Assembly: GCF_004010195.1 (NCBI RefSeq)
Contig: NC_057719.1
Coordinates: 59,881,394 to 59,901,393 of the forward strand
From: Chiloscyllium plagiosum
Taxonomy: Eukaryota
Length of the DNA: 20,000 nt
Direction of reading: 5' to 3'
Shown here: positions 10,562-19,747 of the stretch, in pieces
Numbering within the stretch: the stretch's first letter is position 1
How the letters are laid out: each line of letters starts with the position of its first letter
Translations under genes and position numbers: made by a program
Notes under the pieces: generated by a model
What the model saw: only the letters and a program-made list of their open reading frames with translations
Databases searched by the model: none
Told to the model about the DNA's origin: nothing

Positions 10562-11083
10562 GATGGAGTGTCCACAACATTCACACTCTCTGAGTGAAGA
10601 AATTTCTCTTCATCTCATCTTAAATGATCACCCCCTTATCCTGATAGTGCCTTCTTGTTCTCGATTTCCCCAGTCATGGGAAACAACTTTAACAAGCCTT
10701 CCCTATCAATCCATTTTAGAACCCTTTAATGAGGTCACCTCTCATTCTTCTAAACTCCAGAGAATATAGACCCAAATAATTCAACCACTCATCAAATGAA
10801 AATGTTCCATTACAGGCACCAATGTAGTGACATTTCACTGTAATGCATATATATCCTTCCTTAAAGATGTAGAACAGCATTGCATTTAATATACCCATTG
10901 TGACTTCACCAAAGAATTGTACAATTGTAGCTGCAGCAAGATTTATTTAGTCTTGGACTTCAATTGCTTTGCAAAAAGGTTAACGTGGCATTTGCCTCCT
11001 GATTGCTTGCTCTATCTGCATACCAACTTCGTTTGTTTCTTGTACAATACATCCTAATCTCTTTGAACATGAATATTTACAAG
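10562..11083 (-). mobile_element. Old CR1-clade LINE ORF2 C-terminal fragment
   Basis: ORF 10716-10898 ends WLNYLGLYSLEFRRMRGDLI. The minus strand also contains GAAGAGAAATTTCTTCACTCAGAGAGTG (NFFTQRV motif). Heavily decayed. Confidence 0.75.
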
Positions 11084-11128
11084 TTATAAACATATTAAGC
11101 TATTCAGCCCCTTTAATGAAAGGGCTGT

Positions 11129-11921
11129 CATAGAACATAGAACATAGAAAAATACAGCGCAGTACAGGCCCTTTGGCCCTCGATGTTGCGCCGATCCAAA
11201 CCCACCTAACCTACACCAGCCCACTATCCTCCATATGTCTATCCAATGCCCGTTTAAATGCCCATAAAGAGGGAGAGTCCACCACTGCTACTGGCAGGGC
11301 ATTCCATGAACTCACGACTCGCTGAGTAAAGAATCTACCCCTAACTTCTGTCCTATACCTACCACCCCTTAATTTAAAGCTATGCCCCCTCCCAGATGCG
11401 GCCGCACCAGAGTCTTATACAACTGCAACATGACCTCAGTACTCCGGAACTCAATTCCTCTACCAATAAAAGTCAGTACGGCATATGCCTTCTTCACCGC
11501 ACTATTTACCTGGGTGGCAACTGTCAGAGATCTGTGTACATGGATACCAAGATCCCTCTGCTCATCCACACGACCAAGTATCCGACCGTTAGCCCAGTAC
11601 CCCATCTTTTTGTTACTCTTACCAAAGTGAATCACCTCACACTTACCTACATTGAACTCCATTTGCCACCTTTCTGCCCAGCTCTGCAGCTTATCTATAT
11701 CCTGCTTTAACCTGACACATCCTTCCTCACTGTCAACATCTCCACCGACTTTCATATCATCCGCAAACTTGCTCACCCAACCTTCTAGCCCCTCCTCCAG
11801 GTTATTTATAAAAATGACAAACAGCAATGGTCCCAAAACAGATCCTTGCGGAACACCGCTAGTAACTGCACTCCAAGATGAACCTTTACCATCAACTACT
11901 ACCCTCTGTCTTCTTCCAGCC
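11129..11921 (-). mobile_element. Young CR1-clade LINE fragment with a (TTCTATG)n tail and an internal deletion near 11390
   Basis: ORF 11369-11923 gives RRQRVVVDG..SGVPQGSVLGPLLFVIFIN..SKFADDMKVGG..LYKTLVRPHL, then jumps to the RGH region. Tail CATAGAA x3 at 11129-11149. Many CpGs are retained. Confidence 0.95.
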
Positions 11922-12081
11922 ATCTACCCAGTAGATGGACCATTCTACAGTAACTGGGAGCCACCAATAGGCCAACAATATTATGTTGTATGCTTCTTTG
12001 ATGAGCACTAATGCTAATACTTTACTCCATAGTAGTTTATCTCCATTTTCACCAACTAATTCTTTCTCTTCACTTTTGCAG

Positions 12082-12760
12082 GTATTTGAGATACCCAAGA
12101 ATTCACAAGGAAGAAGAGGCCTCAATTTGAGCCACCCCACACCAGCAGCACCTTGAAAAAGGAAGCCTGTGAACCCTCAGTGTATGCAGTGACAAGGTGT
12201 TCACACACCCTCTGCCAGTATAGAAACAATCACTGAGAGGAATATTGTAACTAGATTAGATTGAGGGCACAATTTGGGGAGTACAACTGGTTGACACATG
12301 TCCACAGCCAGAGGAAGGAGAAATGCCTCTGATACTGATGACGGAGACCAGGCAGACCTGATGGAGACCTGATAATGGAGACCTGATGACGGAGACCAGT
12401 CCCATGCAGACGACATGTCGGCTTTATTTGACATGGTCACCCTGCAAAGAGAGGCATGGAAATATCAGGCAGGTGGGCCAGAACAATGGAACAAAGATGG
12501 AGGAACCAATCCACATTCTCACTATTGTGGTGGCTGTACCCCCAAGAAAAGGGTGAATGGCCACCTTGGAGACCCAGTTGGAGCAGAGTGCTTGGTAGCT
12601 GTTCAATACGTGCTCAGACCTTCTCTCCATCACCTTAGCCGTGTGTGCTCAGCCTCAATCTCAAAGTGAGAGGGGATGAGTGATCTCAACCCTCCTCCAG
12701 GTGCTTCTGCCTCTCAAAGAGACAGGGTGGTGCTAGTATTGCTCAACCCTCACATATACC
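12082..12760 (+). mobile_element. Possible decayed internal exon of a Harbinger-associated Myb/SANT gene
   Basis: A strong acceptor (AACTAATTCTTTCTCTTCACTTTTGCAG|G, ending 12081) is followed by GC-richer sequence with decayed coding character (DMVTLQREAWKYQAG). There is no long open frame, and the family assignment is a weak recollection. Confidence 0.25.
12335..12399. repeat. Local tandem repeat of a ~11-14 bp unit CTGAT(GAC)GGAGAC
   Basis: CTGATGACGGAGACCAG occurs at 12335-12351 and 12383-12399, with CTGATGGAGAC and CTGATAATGGAGAC between them. Confidence 0.85.
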
Positions 12761-13376
12761 TAATTGGAGAGGTGGTGGAATTTGTGATGGCTTCACATAT
12801 TTAGGAAGGAAAGATTAGTCCTATGTTTGGATTTCACAAGGTCAACTCACGTGCCCTGTTTTTCCCACTACAGAACCCCTGGATAAAACTGAAATTGTAG
12901 ACTATTTCAACCACTGTCAAAGAGAATGCTCAGGCATAGCAAAAGTACAGGGTAGGACATGTACTCTGAAAGTTTGAAGGGATAGTGATGTAGAAATGCT
13001 CAAATTTTCAGGTAAAGTGACACCTTGTAATCCTCATGTAGGAGTTGACCTCTTGATGTGATTTATTTCTCTTTGCCACAAAGACCATTTTAATTAAAAA
13101 ATCCAGGAGCAACTTGTAAAGGAAGTGTTTACTGTATCACAGCAGATATATTGCTAATGTTTGTTTAGGACAAGGATTGCGCAGGCAGTTAAGGGGTGTA
13201 GACATCAGGTCTACACTTGAAAGTGCTAAATATTTTATTACACAGTTATGAATAATGAAAATAAATAATCCAATACCAAAAATCCAAAGCACTCTGGATG
13301 CTGAAAGTCAGAAACAAAAAGAGAAATTGCTGGAAAAACTCAGCAAATCTGGTAGCATCTGTGGAGAGAAAGCAGG

Positions 13377-13413
13377 GTTAATATTTTGGGTCCATTGACC
13401 CTTCCTCAGAACT
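13377..13413 (-). ncRNA. Decayed minimal hammerhead ribozyme motif in the PLE terminus
   Basis: Minus strand: GTT | CTGAGGA | A | GGGTC-AATG-GACCC | AAAA | TA | TT | AAC. Stem II (5 bp) is intact and stem I is 3 bp. G12 and the CG loop are changed in a CpG-decay pattern. Confidence 0.6.
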
Positions 13414-13427
13414 GACTGGCACTGGGA

Positions 13428-13557
13428 AGTTCCTGATGAAGGGCTCCTGCATGAAACGTTGATTCTCCTGCTCCTCAGATGTTGCATGACCTGCTGTGCT
13501 TTTCCAGCACCACACTCTTGACTCTGATCTCCAGCATCTGCCGTCCTCACTCTCTCC
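13428..13557 (+). mobile_element. Short non-autonomous PLE-derived insertion carrying a hammerhead motif (13433-13460)
   Basis: CTGATGA A GGGC-TCCT-GCAT GAAACGTT GATTCTCC, followed by the same body as 5883-5978. Probable TSD: CTGGCACTGGGA (13416-13427) and CTGTCACTGGGA (13557-13568). Confidence 0.85.
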
Positions 13558-14453
13558 TGTCACTGGGAGTAGGTTGGTATTCATGTTAATGTTGGATGGG
13601 GGGGGTGGGGGCGGTGGGTGTGGAAGGAGTAAACAATAGGTTGAGATAGAACCTAGAACCTAGATAGAGAGACAACAACACTTGGGCAGACAAAGAAATT
13701 AGTAAAGGTCAGTCTGGGAGAATGCATAGCTGCTAATGGGGACAATTTGTAGCTGACAATTAATTGTTTGTGGTAGCAGCCCATCTGATGTCAAGGCCCG
13801 GATTGGGGTAAGAACATGGGAAAATTTGCTGAAGCGCTAAATTTATTAAACTCAATACTGAGTCCAGAAAACTGTAGGGACCCCAAGCAGAAAATGAGTT
13901 GCTGTTCTTCCAGCTTGCACTGAGCTTTATTGGAGTCATGTCTGAGACAGTGATGTGGCCAGGAAATACAGTCTTGTGTTGAAGTGGCAAGCAACTGGAA
14001 ACTCAGGGTCATTTTTGTGAACAGAACTTGGTGCTCTGCAAAGCAGTCACCCAGTCTACACTTCATTTCCCCAATGTAGAGGAGACCTTGTGAGCAGTGA
14101 ATCAGACTTCATGGCTATTCCTAGCTGAACTGGGTTTCAACTGTAGGCATCTCTTACAACAGTATCCACAGGAAAGCCAACCAGAACACATTGAACTTAC
14201 ATTTAAACTAGTAAACCTTCTTGTCCAATGACCTTGTTAGTTTGCTTCCTAAATCAATCATTAACCTTTCTGACAATGCAATTATTTCCTGACAAAAATT
14301 TGCTTACTCTTCAGTTTAGTTTTAAAGTCCAAATCTAATCACATGGTACATAAGCCACAAGACTTAATGAGGTCATGGTGAAAGACTTCTAAAGTGATTA
14401 GATGAAACATGTGTTTGGATTTGTAAAGAAACCAGGTTCAGATTTTAGAGGGG

Positions 14454-14483
14454 GAGAGAGAGAGTGAAAGAGAGAGAGAGAGA
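14454..14483. repeat. Interrupted (GA)n microsatellite
   Basis: GAGAGAGAGAGTGAAAGAGAGAGAGAGAGA. Confidence 0.9.
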
Positions 14484-14744
14484 ATTATGACACCTATCTG
14501 CATCTTATGTGTTTTTGGTTAAGTCCAATTTCCATTGAGATTTCTGGGGCCTTGCTGGTTTTCTTGGTCTATCTTACTAAATTCAGTGCATTCATTACCT
14601 ACTCCACCCTAATTGGTTTCTTACACTTGATTTCTGCCTTATCTTACCATTGGCAGATCCCAGAACAACTCATCACTCAGCGGGTATCTTTAAAAGGTCA
14701 CTGTATTTGAAGTTGCTCTGCTCAATGACAAACAGAGTTGAAAC

Positions 14745-14968
14745 ATGATGGAGAAGGTAAAGACCTCCAATAGCAATCTGGAGATTCTGGTGAATGAGGT
14801 TGTACAAAGGAGTGATATCCTCAACTTGGAGGACCAGCAGAGGAGTCTGCACCACCAAACTCTGCTAGTTTGGTGTGAGGTCACTACCCAGGTCATTGCT
14901 ATCTCCAGAGTGCAAAAAAAAGCTAGTAATGCTGCAAGAAAGTCAATGACTTTCCCTGCTGCACCAGG
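14745..14968 (+). pseudogene. Decayed first exon of a PIF/Harbinger-associated Myb/SANT-like DNA-binding protein (Myb_DNA-bind_5 type)
   Basis: MMEKVKTSNSNLEILVNEVVQRSDIL...HHQTLLVWCEVTTQVIAISRVQ, then after a frameshift CCKKVNDF...R followed by the donor AGG|GTAAAT (GT at 14969). This fits FS..ELE.LV.EV..R..IL...W.EV...V......R...QC.KK.ND. Confidence 0.7.
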
Positions 14969-15216
14969 GTAAATGCCACACTTTCTCTGCTGCCTCCAAC
15001 TCACTCTATCTTGGCTCACTCATTCCATGAACGATCGTGATCTACTGCTTTCACTATTGCATACAACACCATTCTGGCTCACCCTTCACCAGGTCTCACA
15101 CTGATAATCTGCATGCCCTGTGTGCTGCCTCTGCATGCCCTTTGGTTCACCTCACCACTTTTTCACCACATGCACCAGGACTAACAGACATGACACTCAC
15201 TGTAATCTCATTTCTT

Positions 15217-15303
15217 CTGATGAAGGGCTTATGCCCAAAAAAATCGATTCTCCTCGGATGCTGACTGACCGACTGTGCTTTTCCAGCACCACACCCTCGA
15301 CTC
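15217..15303 (+). mobile_element. Third short PLE-derived insertion with a degenerate hammerhead motif
   Basis: CTGATGA A GGGC-TTAT-GCCC AAAAAAA TC GATTCTCCTCGGATGCTGACTGACC..TGTGCTTTTCCAGCACCACAC; same family as the 5855 and 13433 copies. Confidence 0.8.
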
Positions 15304-16989
15304 CATTCTCCCCCTTTGTTCATTACAGTACAGAACACCCCATAAAAGGGGAGAACGCGACTATATTGGTAGAAAGGTGCCCAACATTGATTTAGTTACT
15401 TTATTTACTTCTCTTGGATGATAAACCATTCTATTTATTGTTCAGACCAAAGCTGCAGCATTGCGTGCTTATGTTTCAGTGACAGACCACCTTGTTAATT
15501 AAGTAAAATAACACTATATGATTTATCAAGTCAGCTTTTAGTCTGGGATCAGAGTTGTCCTATAATAACATCAGCTGTGATCATAACTCAAAGGAGACAA
15601 CACGTAAGCAGGGCAACATGATGCAGTAAGTCTAAAGCATCATCCAATATCAGTCCCAGGAACTGGACATGGTTAGTTGGCCACTAGGGAGGGTCAGCAT
15701 CAGACACTTTATATCACTACTGTTCAAGGAGGGGTATATTACTCATACAGGTCTAGTGCAATTCTTCTGGAGAGTCACAATAAGTCAGTTGAAGTTCTGC
15801 ACAGTCAAAAGTCTGGTCATACGTAAGTCAGGGTTGATTGTCTGAGTCAGTCAAGGCATGTGAGCCACAGTCAATCCTGGAAGCCAGCTCAATGAAAGTC
15901 AAGTCACATTTTAGTTTATCAGACTGCTGTTTTAGGCAAGTTGGAGAAGTCAGTTCTGGAGATTAAAAGCTTAGAATAGGAGGGGGAAGTCATGATGGTC
16001 ATGACCACCTCATTGTGATGGGGGTGGAGGGGGGGGGGGCAGTGTAGCATGGTGAATGGCATGGCTAAGGACCAAAGGACCTGCAGAGGCAACACACGGG
16101 CCATGCAGACTATCAGCGTGCGGCATGGGGGAGGCTGGGCCAGGAATGGTGTTGCATGTAATAATGAAAGCAGGCCAGGGCTCAGGGGTTAATGTTGGGA
16201 GATGAAGTTGTAATTGAAAATTTGTGTGGAAAGATGGGAAACTTCAGTCCTGATGGGCTTGACAGAGAGTTCAAGAAAGAAAGGAACGTGGAGGTTTTGA
16301 GGGTTCGTTGATAAGCAGGTTGAGGTTGTGACTCACTGAGCCAAGAGTGACCTACTTTGCCCTCCATAACCATACAGATCATAAATGAACACTGGGAATG
16401 GTAAATAGCTGTGACCACACCCAGAAGGGATGGAGTAAATGTTTATTTTCTTTCACAGCATGTAGATTCTACTTGGGAACAATAGCAATTGCATTAATCA
16501 GGTACTTATCATTGCACACTGCATGTGAAATGCATGCAATGTGTGATTGTGTAGCTTGCAATTTTTATTGTCACAAACAATCTTGACTATATTATTAGTC
16601 ACTGCAGATAGAACATAGTCATCACTGTAATAATCATGTGACCTTAAAAGTGGCACTTGTGAGCCACAATTTATAAAAACAAACCAAGATCTCACAGATT
16701 GCCCAAGGGGACAGAAGAGATTTCCTCTCACCTCGAACTTTAAGTACTCACCAAAATGCTCTTAAATGCAAATGCTGGCTTTCTTGGGTGATGTGGGAGG
16801 TAGGAAACAAGCAATCAGTAATCATACAGCATTATAATCCTTTCCCACACTTGTGCAATCCGGCTGTGCTTCATTAATTGAATAAAGATCCCTACATCAA
16901 AGATCTGTATAGAGGCATTCCATTACCATCGTGGTCAGAATTCTCCATGACCCATTGTATGGAGCAGTGTGTCAAACCATCAAGTGCAA

Positions 16990-17035
16990 GGTATGAATGA
17001 TTATTGAGAGACAAAGGCTACCCTCTGTAATCATG
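16990..17035 (+). pseudogene. Possible Harbinger (HARBI1-like DDE_Tnp_4) transposase remnant
   Basis: TGA TTA TTG AGA GAC AAA GGC TAC CCT CTG = *LLRDKGYPL, versus the family motif WLLGDxGYPL. Only this short motif is visible. Confidence 0.4.
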
Positions 17036-17054
17036 CGTTCAATGAAGTTCCTTG

Positions 17055-17330
17055 TAGCAAGTTGTTATCTAAAGTTGGATCACATGGAATTGAAAGCAAA
17101 CTACTGACCTGGTTAGGAAGTTGGCTGAGTGACAGGAGATAGGGAATGATTAAGGGTAGGTACTCAATATGTAGGATGTGATTAATAGCAGGGTTTTGCT
17201 TTCTGGTCCCAACTATTTATTAATTACTTAGATCTTAGGGTAAAGATTCAAGTTTGCCATTATCAATAACATGGGCAGCAATGTAATCTGTGTAAATGGA
17301 AGTAAAGTGATATTAAAAGATTATATGTGG
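17055..17330 (+). mobile_element. Old CR1 RT remnant
   Basis: LSKVGSHGIESKLLTWLGSWLSDRR matches the CR1 RT segment K...HGI.G.LL.WI..WL..R.QRV. Downstream sequence (GGTCCCAACTATT, AAGTTTGCC) is decayed. Confidence 0.6.
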
Positions 17331-17452
17331 ATGGGCATTTGAGGCTCTGGACTGAAAAATGGTGACCATGGCAAGTGTATAGCAGGATGAGCTTCTTCAG
17401 TGAAACTAACAACAGAATTTGAATGGATTAACAATCTTAATTTTTTTTTAAA

Positions 17453-17758
17453 ATTCCCGACAATGTGAAAACAGGCACTTTGGCCCAACAAGTCCACACC
17501 AAACCTTCAAAGAGTAACCCACCCAGACCCATTTCCCTCTGACTAATGCACCTGACACTATGGACAATTTAGCATGGCCAATTCACCTGGCCTGCACATC
17601 TTTGGACTATGGGAGGAAACCAGAGCACTCAAAGGAAACCCACACAGACACAGGGAGAATGTGCAAACTCCACACAGATAGTCACCCGAGACAGGAGTCA
17701 AACCCAGGTCCCTGGTACTGTGAGGCAACAGTGCTAACCACTAAGCTACCGTGCCACC
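17453..17758 (-). mobile_element. Full-length tRNA-derived V-SINE (HE1-like, elasmobranch)
   Basis: The minus strand starts GGTGGCACGGTAGCTTAGTGGTTAGCACTG (A box), then GGGTTTGACTCC (B box), then the V-domain TGTGTGGAGTTTGCACATTCTCCCTGTGTCTGTGTGGGTTTCC..TGCTCTGGTTTCCTCCC. Its 3' tail GACTTGTTGGGCCAAAGTGCCTGTTT is similar to the CR1 3' ends in this window. Confidence 0.92.
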
Positions 17759-18009
17759 AGGCTTTGTTTTGTGAAAGTAAGAGCTCTAATCATGGCCAGA
17801 AGAAAAACTGTTTTTTTAAAATTGTCTCTTCTCTCTGAGAATGCCATCAATGTTTGACAAGTGACTGCTAACTGCCTTGCAGGCACTTCACAACTCGAAC
17901 ATTTCACTTGCTGAGAGCTGTACTTCTTTGCTGCCAGCCTTCATCAAGGCATAGGAGCAACTAATGCAGCTCTAGTTTGCATCTCTGAAGTACAAAATGA
18001 GAAGCAGCA

Positions 18010-18580
18010 TTACCACGTCTTTCTCAATGAAGCAGCTAGAAATGCATTACCAGTAGCTGATGATACATTGCCTTTCATGAAAGCCCACGCTCCACCACCA
18101 CTATCCTCAATACTCCTCAGCATCCTCCCCACTCTCTGATTTTTTGCCAGGATGTGTGCTCTCTTTTGCAAGGAAAAGCAGAAGTTTAAGTGTTCGTAAT
18201 GGCACATGCAAAGAAATGGGAAAAGAACCATTTATGGAGGGTCACTGAGAAAAGTGTGCAAGAGGGCAATAGGCTAAAGGCCAGTATATGTGTTGGATGT
18301 TTAAGAAATTTACGGTAGCACCACTGTGTTCTCAGGTGTGCTATGTAGGAGAATGCTTTGAAAGTCAGAATATGGAGCTCGGCAGCAGAAGGTTTTTGTC
18401 ACTCCTGACATCCTGGGTCCTGATGATGCATTGCCCCAAGATTGGATAAACCACATTTTTGCTGCTGACTCCTCACCCATGTTCATGGAATCTCCTTAGT
18501 TAGAGGTTGTCCTCTTGTGTCTGCCCTTGGGAGAACCTGCCATACTTCAGTCCCTCAGATCCCACAGCAGGATCCTAAGC
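18010..18580 (-). mobile_element. Possible second, highly decayed Harbinger Myb/SANT gene remnant
   Basis: The minus strand gives SSKNVVYPILGQCIIRTQD (cf. VS......R...QC.KR.ND). Downstream is a pyrimidine tract CTTCTGCTTTTCCTTGCA followed by KRAH (cf. exon-2 start EKxAHN). Weak. Confidence 0.25.
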
Positions 18581-18881
18581 TTTGAGAGTTCATGGGAAGT
18601 CTTCCAGGCCACACTGTAGCTTGTACAACCTCATAGGTCCTCGTAGGCCCTGTGATTCTGTGTCATGCTCCTTTCATTAGAAATTCTTCCTTTGACAGAT
18701 CCAGTGTTTCATCATTATTACCCTCCCTGATTATTTGGGGAACCTGGAGGTAGGGATATTAATGCCTTGGCACTGGGAAAAAGCATTGGACAAGTCTGTT
18801 AATTGGTGAATTGCATTCCCAACCTGTAAACAGTTTCATCATTCTGACAGGAACAAAATGGAAAAGATTCTGTCCATTCAT

Positions 18882-18945
18882 TGTGTTTCTCACTCTACAG
18901 AAGCTGCTAGATCTGCTGAATATTTTCAGCATTTTCAGTTTTCTC
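18882..18945 (+). mobile_element. Old PLE terminal-segment remnant
   Basis: TTTCTCACTCTACAGAAGCTGCTAGATCTGCTGAATATTTTCAGCATTTTC aligns with the reverse complement of 13321-13372 (TTTCTCTCCACAGATGCTACCAGATTTGCTGAGTTTTTCCAGCAATTTC). Confidence 0.65.
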
Positions 18946-19307
18946 ACCAGTGAGTTTATTGAATATTGATTTGAAAAACTAATATTTTACAGAATTTTCA
19001 AAATGATTTATTTTGTTCTTCAATAAACATAGAATACATTACCAGCATTGAGATTTTTGATATTGCTGGATACATTAAGAATGTATATAAAAGAAGGCAT
19101 TGGTCCTTGGTTTACCAACAACATTCCCAGCCTTCTTTCAATATTGCAGACAACATTATAAATGTGTTTAAGGTAAACTTCAATGTAATCAAATAAAACT
19201 TGATCACACTGAACCATCTCATGGATAGTAGCCGCAATGTCTGTGATTATGGATTCATATACATGCACCTTTCTAAAGATTAGATTTTGTATGATGATTT
19301 CATAATG

Positions 19308-19734
19308 ATAGAACATAGAACATAGAACATAGAAAAATACAGGCCCTTTGGCCCTCGATGTTGCGCAGATCCAAGCCCACCTAACCTACACTAGCTCACT
19401 ATCCTCCATATGCCTATCTAATGCCCGTTTAAATGCCCATAAAGAGGGAGAGTCTACCACTGGCAGGGCATTCCATGAACTCACGACTCGCTGAGTAAAG
19501 AATCTACCCCTAACATCTGTCCTATACCTACCACCCCTTAATTTAAAGCTCTGCCCCCTCGTAATAGCTAACTCCATACGTGGAAAAGGGTTCTCATGGT
19601 CAACCCTATCTAAACCCCAATCATCTTGTACACCTCTATCAAGTCACCCCAAACCTTCTTTTCTCCAATGAAAACAACCCCAAGTGCCTCAGCCTTTCCT
19701 CATACGATCTTCCAACCATACCAGGCAACATCCT
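19308..19734 (-). mobile_element. 5'-truncated CR1 LINE, same young subfamily as 11129-11921
   Basis: (CATAGAA)n tail. ORF 19386-19577 gives ITRGQSFKLRGGRYRTDVRGRFFTQRVVSSWNALP. Near-identical to 11129-11389. Confidence 0.95.
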
Positions 19735-19747
19735 CTGAACCCGTTCC

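Larger units (their letters stand above)
13281..14103 (-). mobile_element. 5'-truncated Penelope-like element: GIY-YIG endonuclease C-terminus, 3'UTR and terminal pLTR segment; interrupted by an insertion at 13428-13557
   Basis: The minus strand from ~14102 reads IHCSQGLLYIGEMKCRLGDCFAEH...SNKAQCKLEEQQLIFCLGSLQFSGLSIEFNKF, matching the PLE pattern YIGET.R.L..RF.EH...R...E...I..L....P.GLN. The terminal segment carries a hammerhead motif. Confidence 0.88.

Noticed and set aside
11105..11127. Small hairpin CAGCCCCTTTAATGAAAGGGCTG between two CR1 fragments
   Set aside because: Short, single-copy and compatible with chance.
6761..12011. Many 60-150 aa ORFs antisense to CR1 fragments
   Set aside because: Shadow frames of LINE ORF2 with no independent coding evidence.
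12335..12399. Two CTGATGA heptamers resembling a hammerhead core or snoRNA boxes
   Set aside because: No stem II followed by GAAA and no terminal stem; explained by the local tandem repeat.
13596..13624. G-rich tract with G-quadruplex potential (another at 16020-16039)
   Set aside because: Low-complexity runs, the first inside a decayed PLE 3'UTR; no evidence of function.
17690..17758. tRNA-like sequence with A and B boxes
   Set aside because: It is the head of a V-SINE, continuous with the V-domain, not a tRNA gene.
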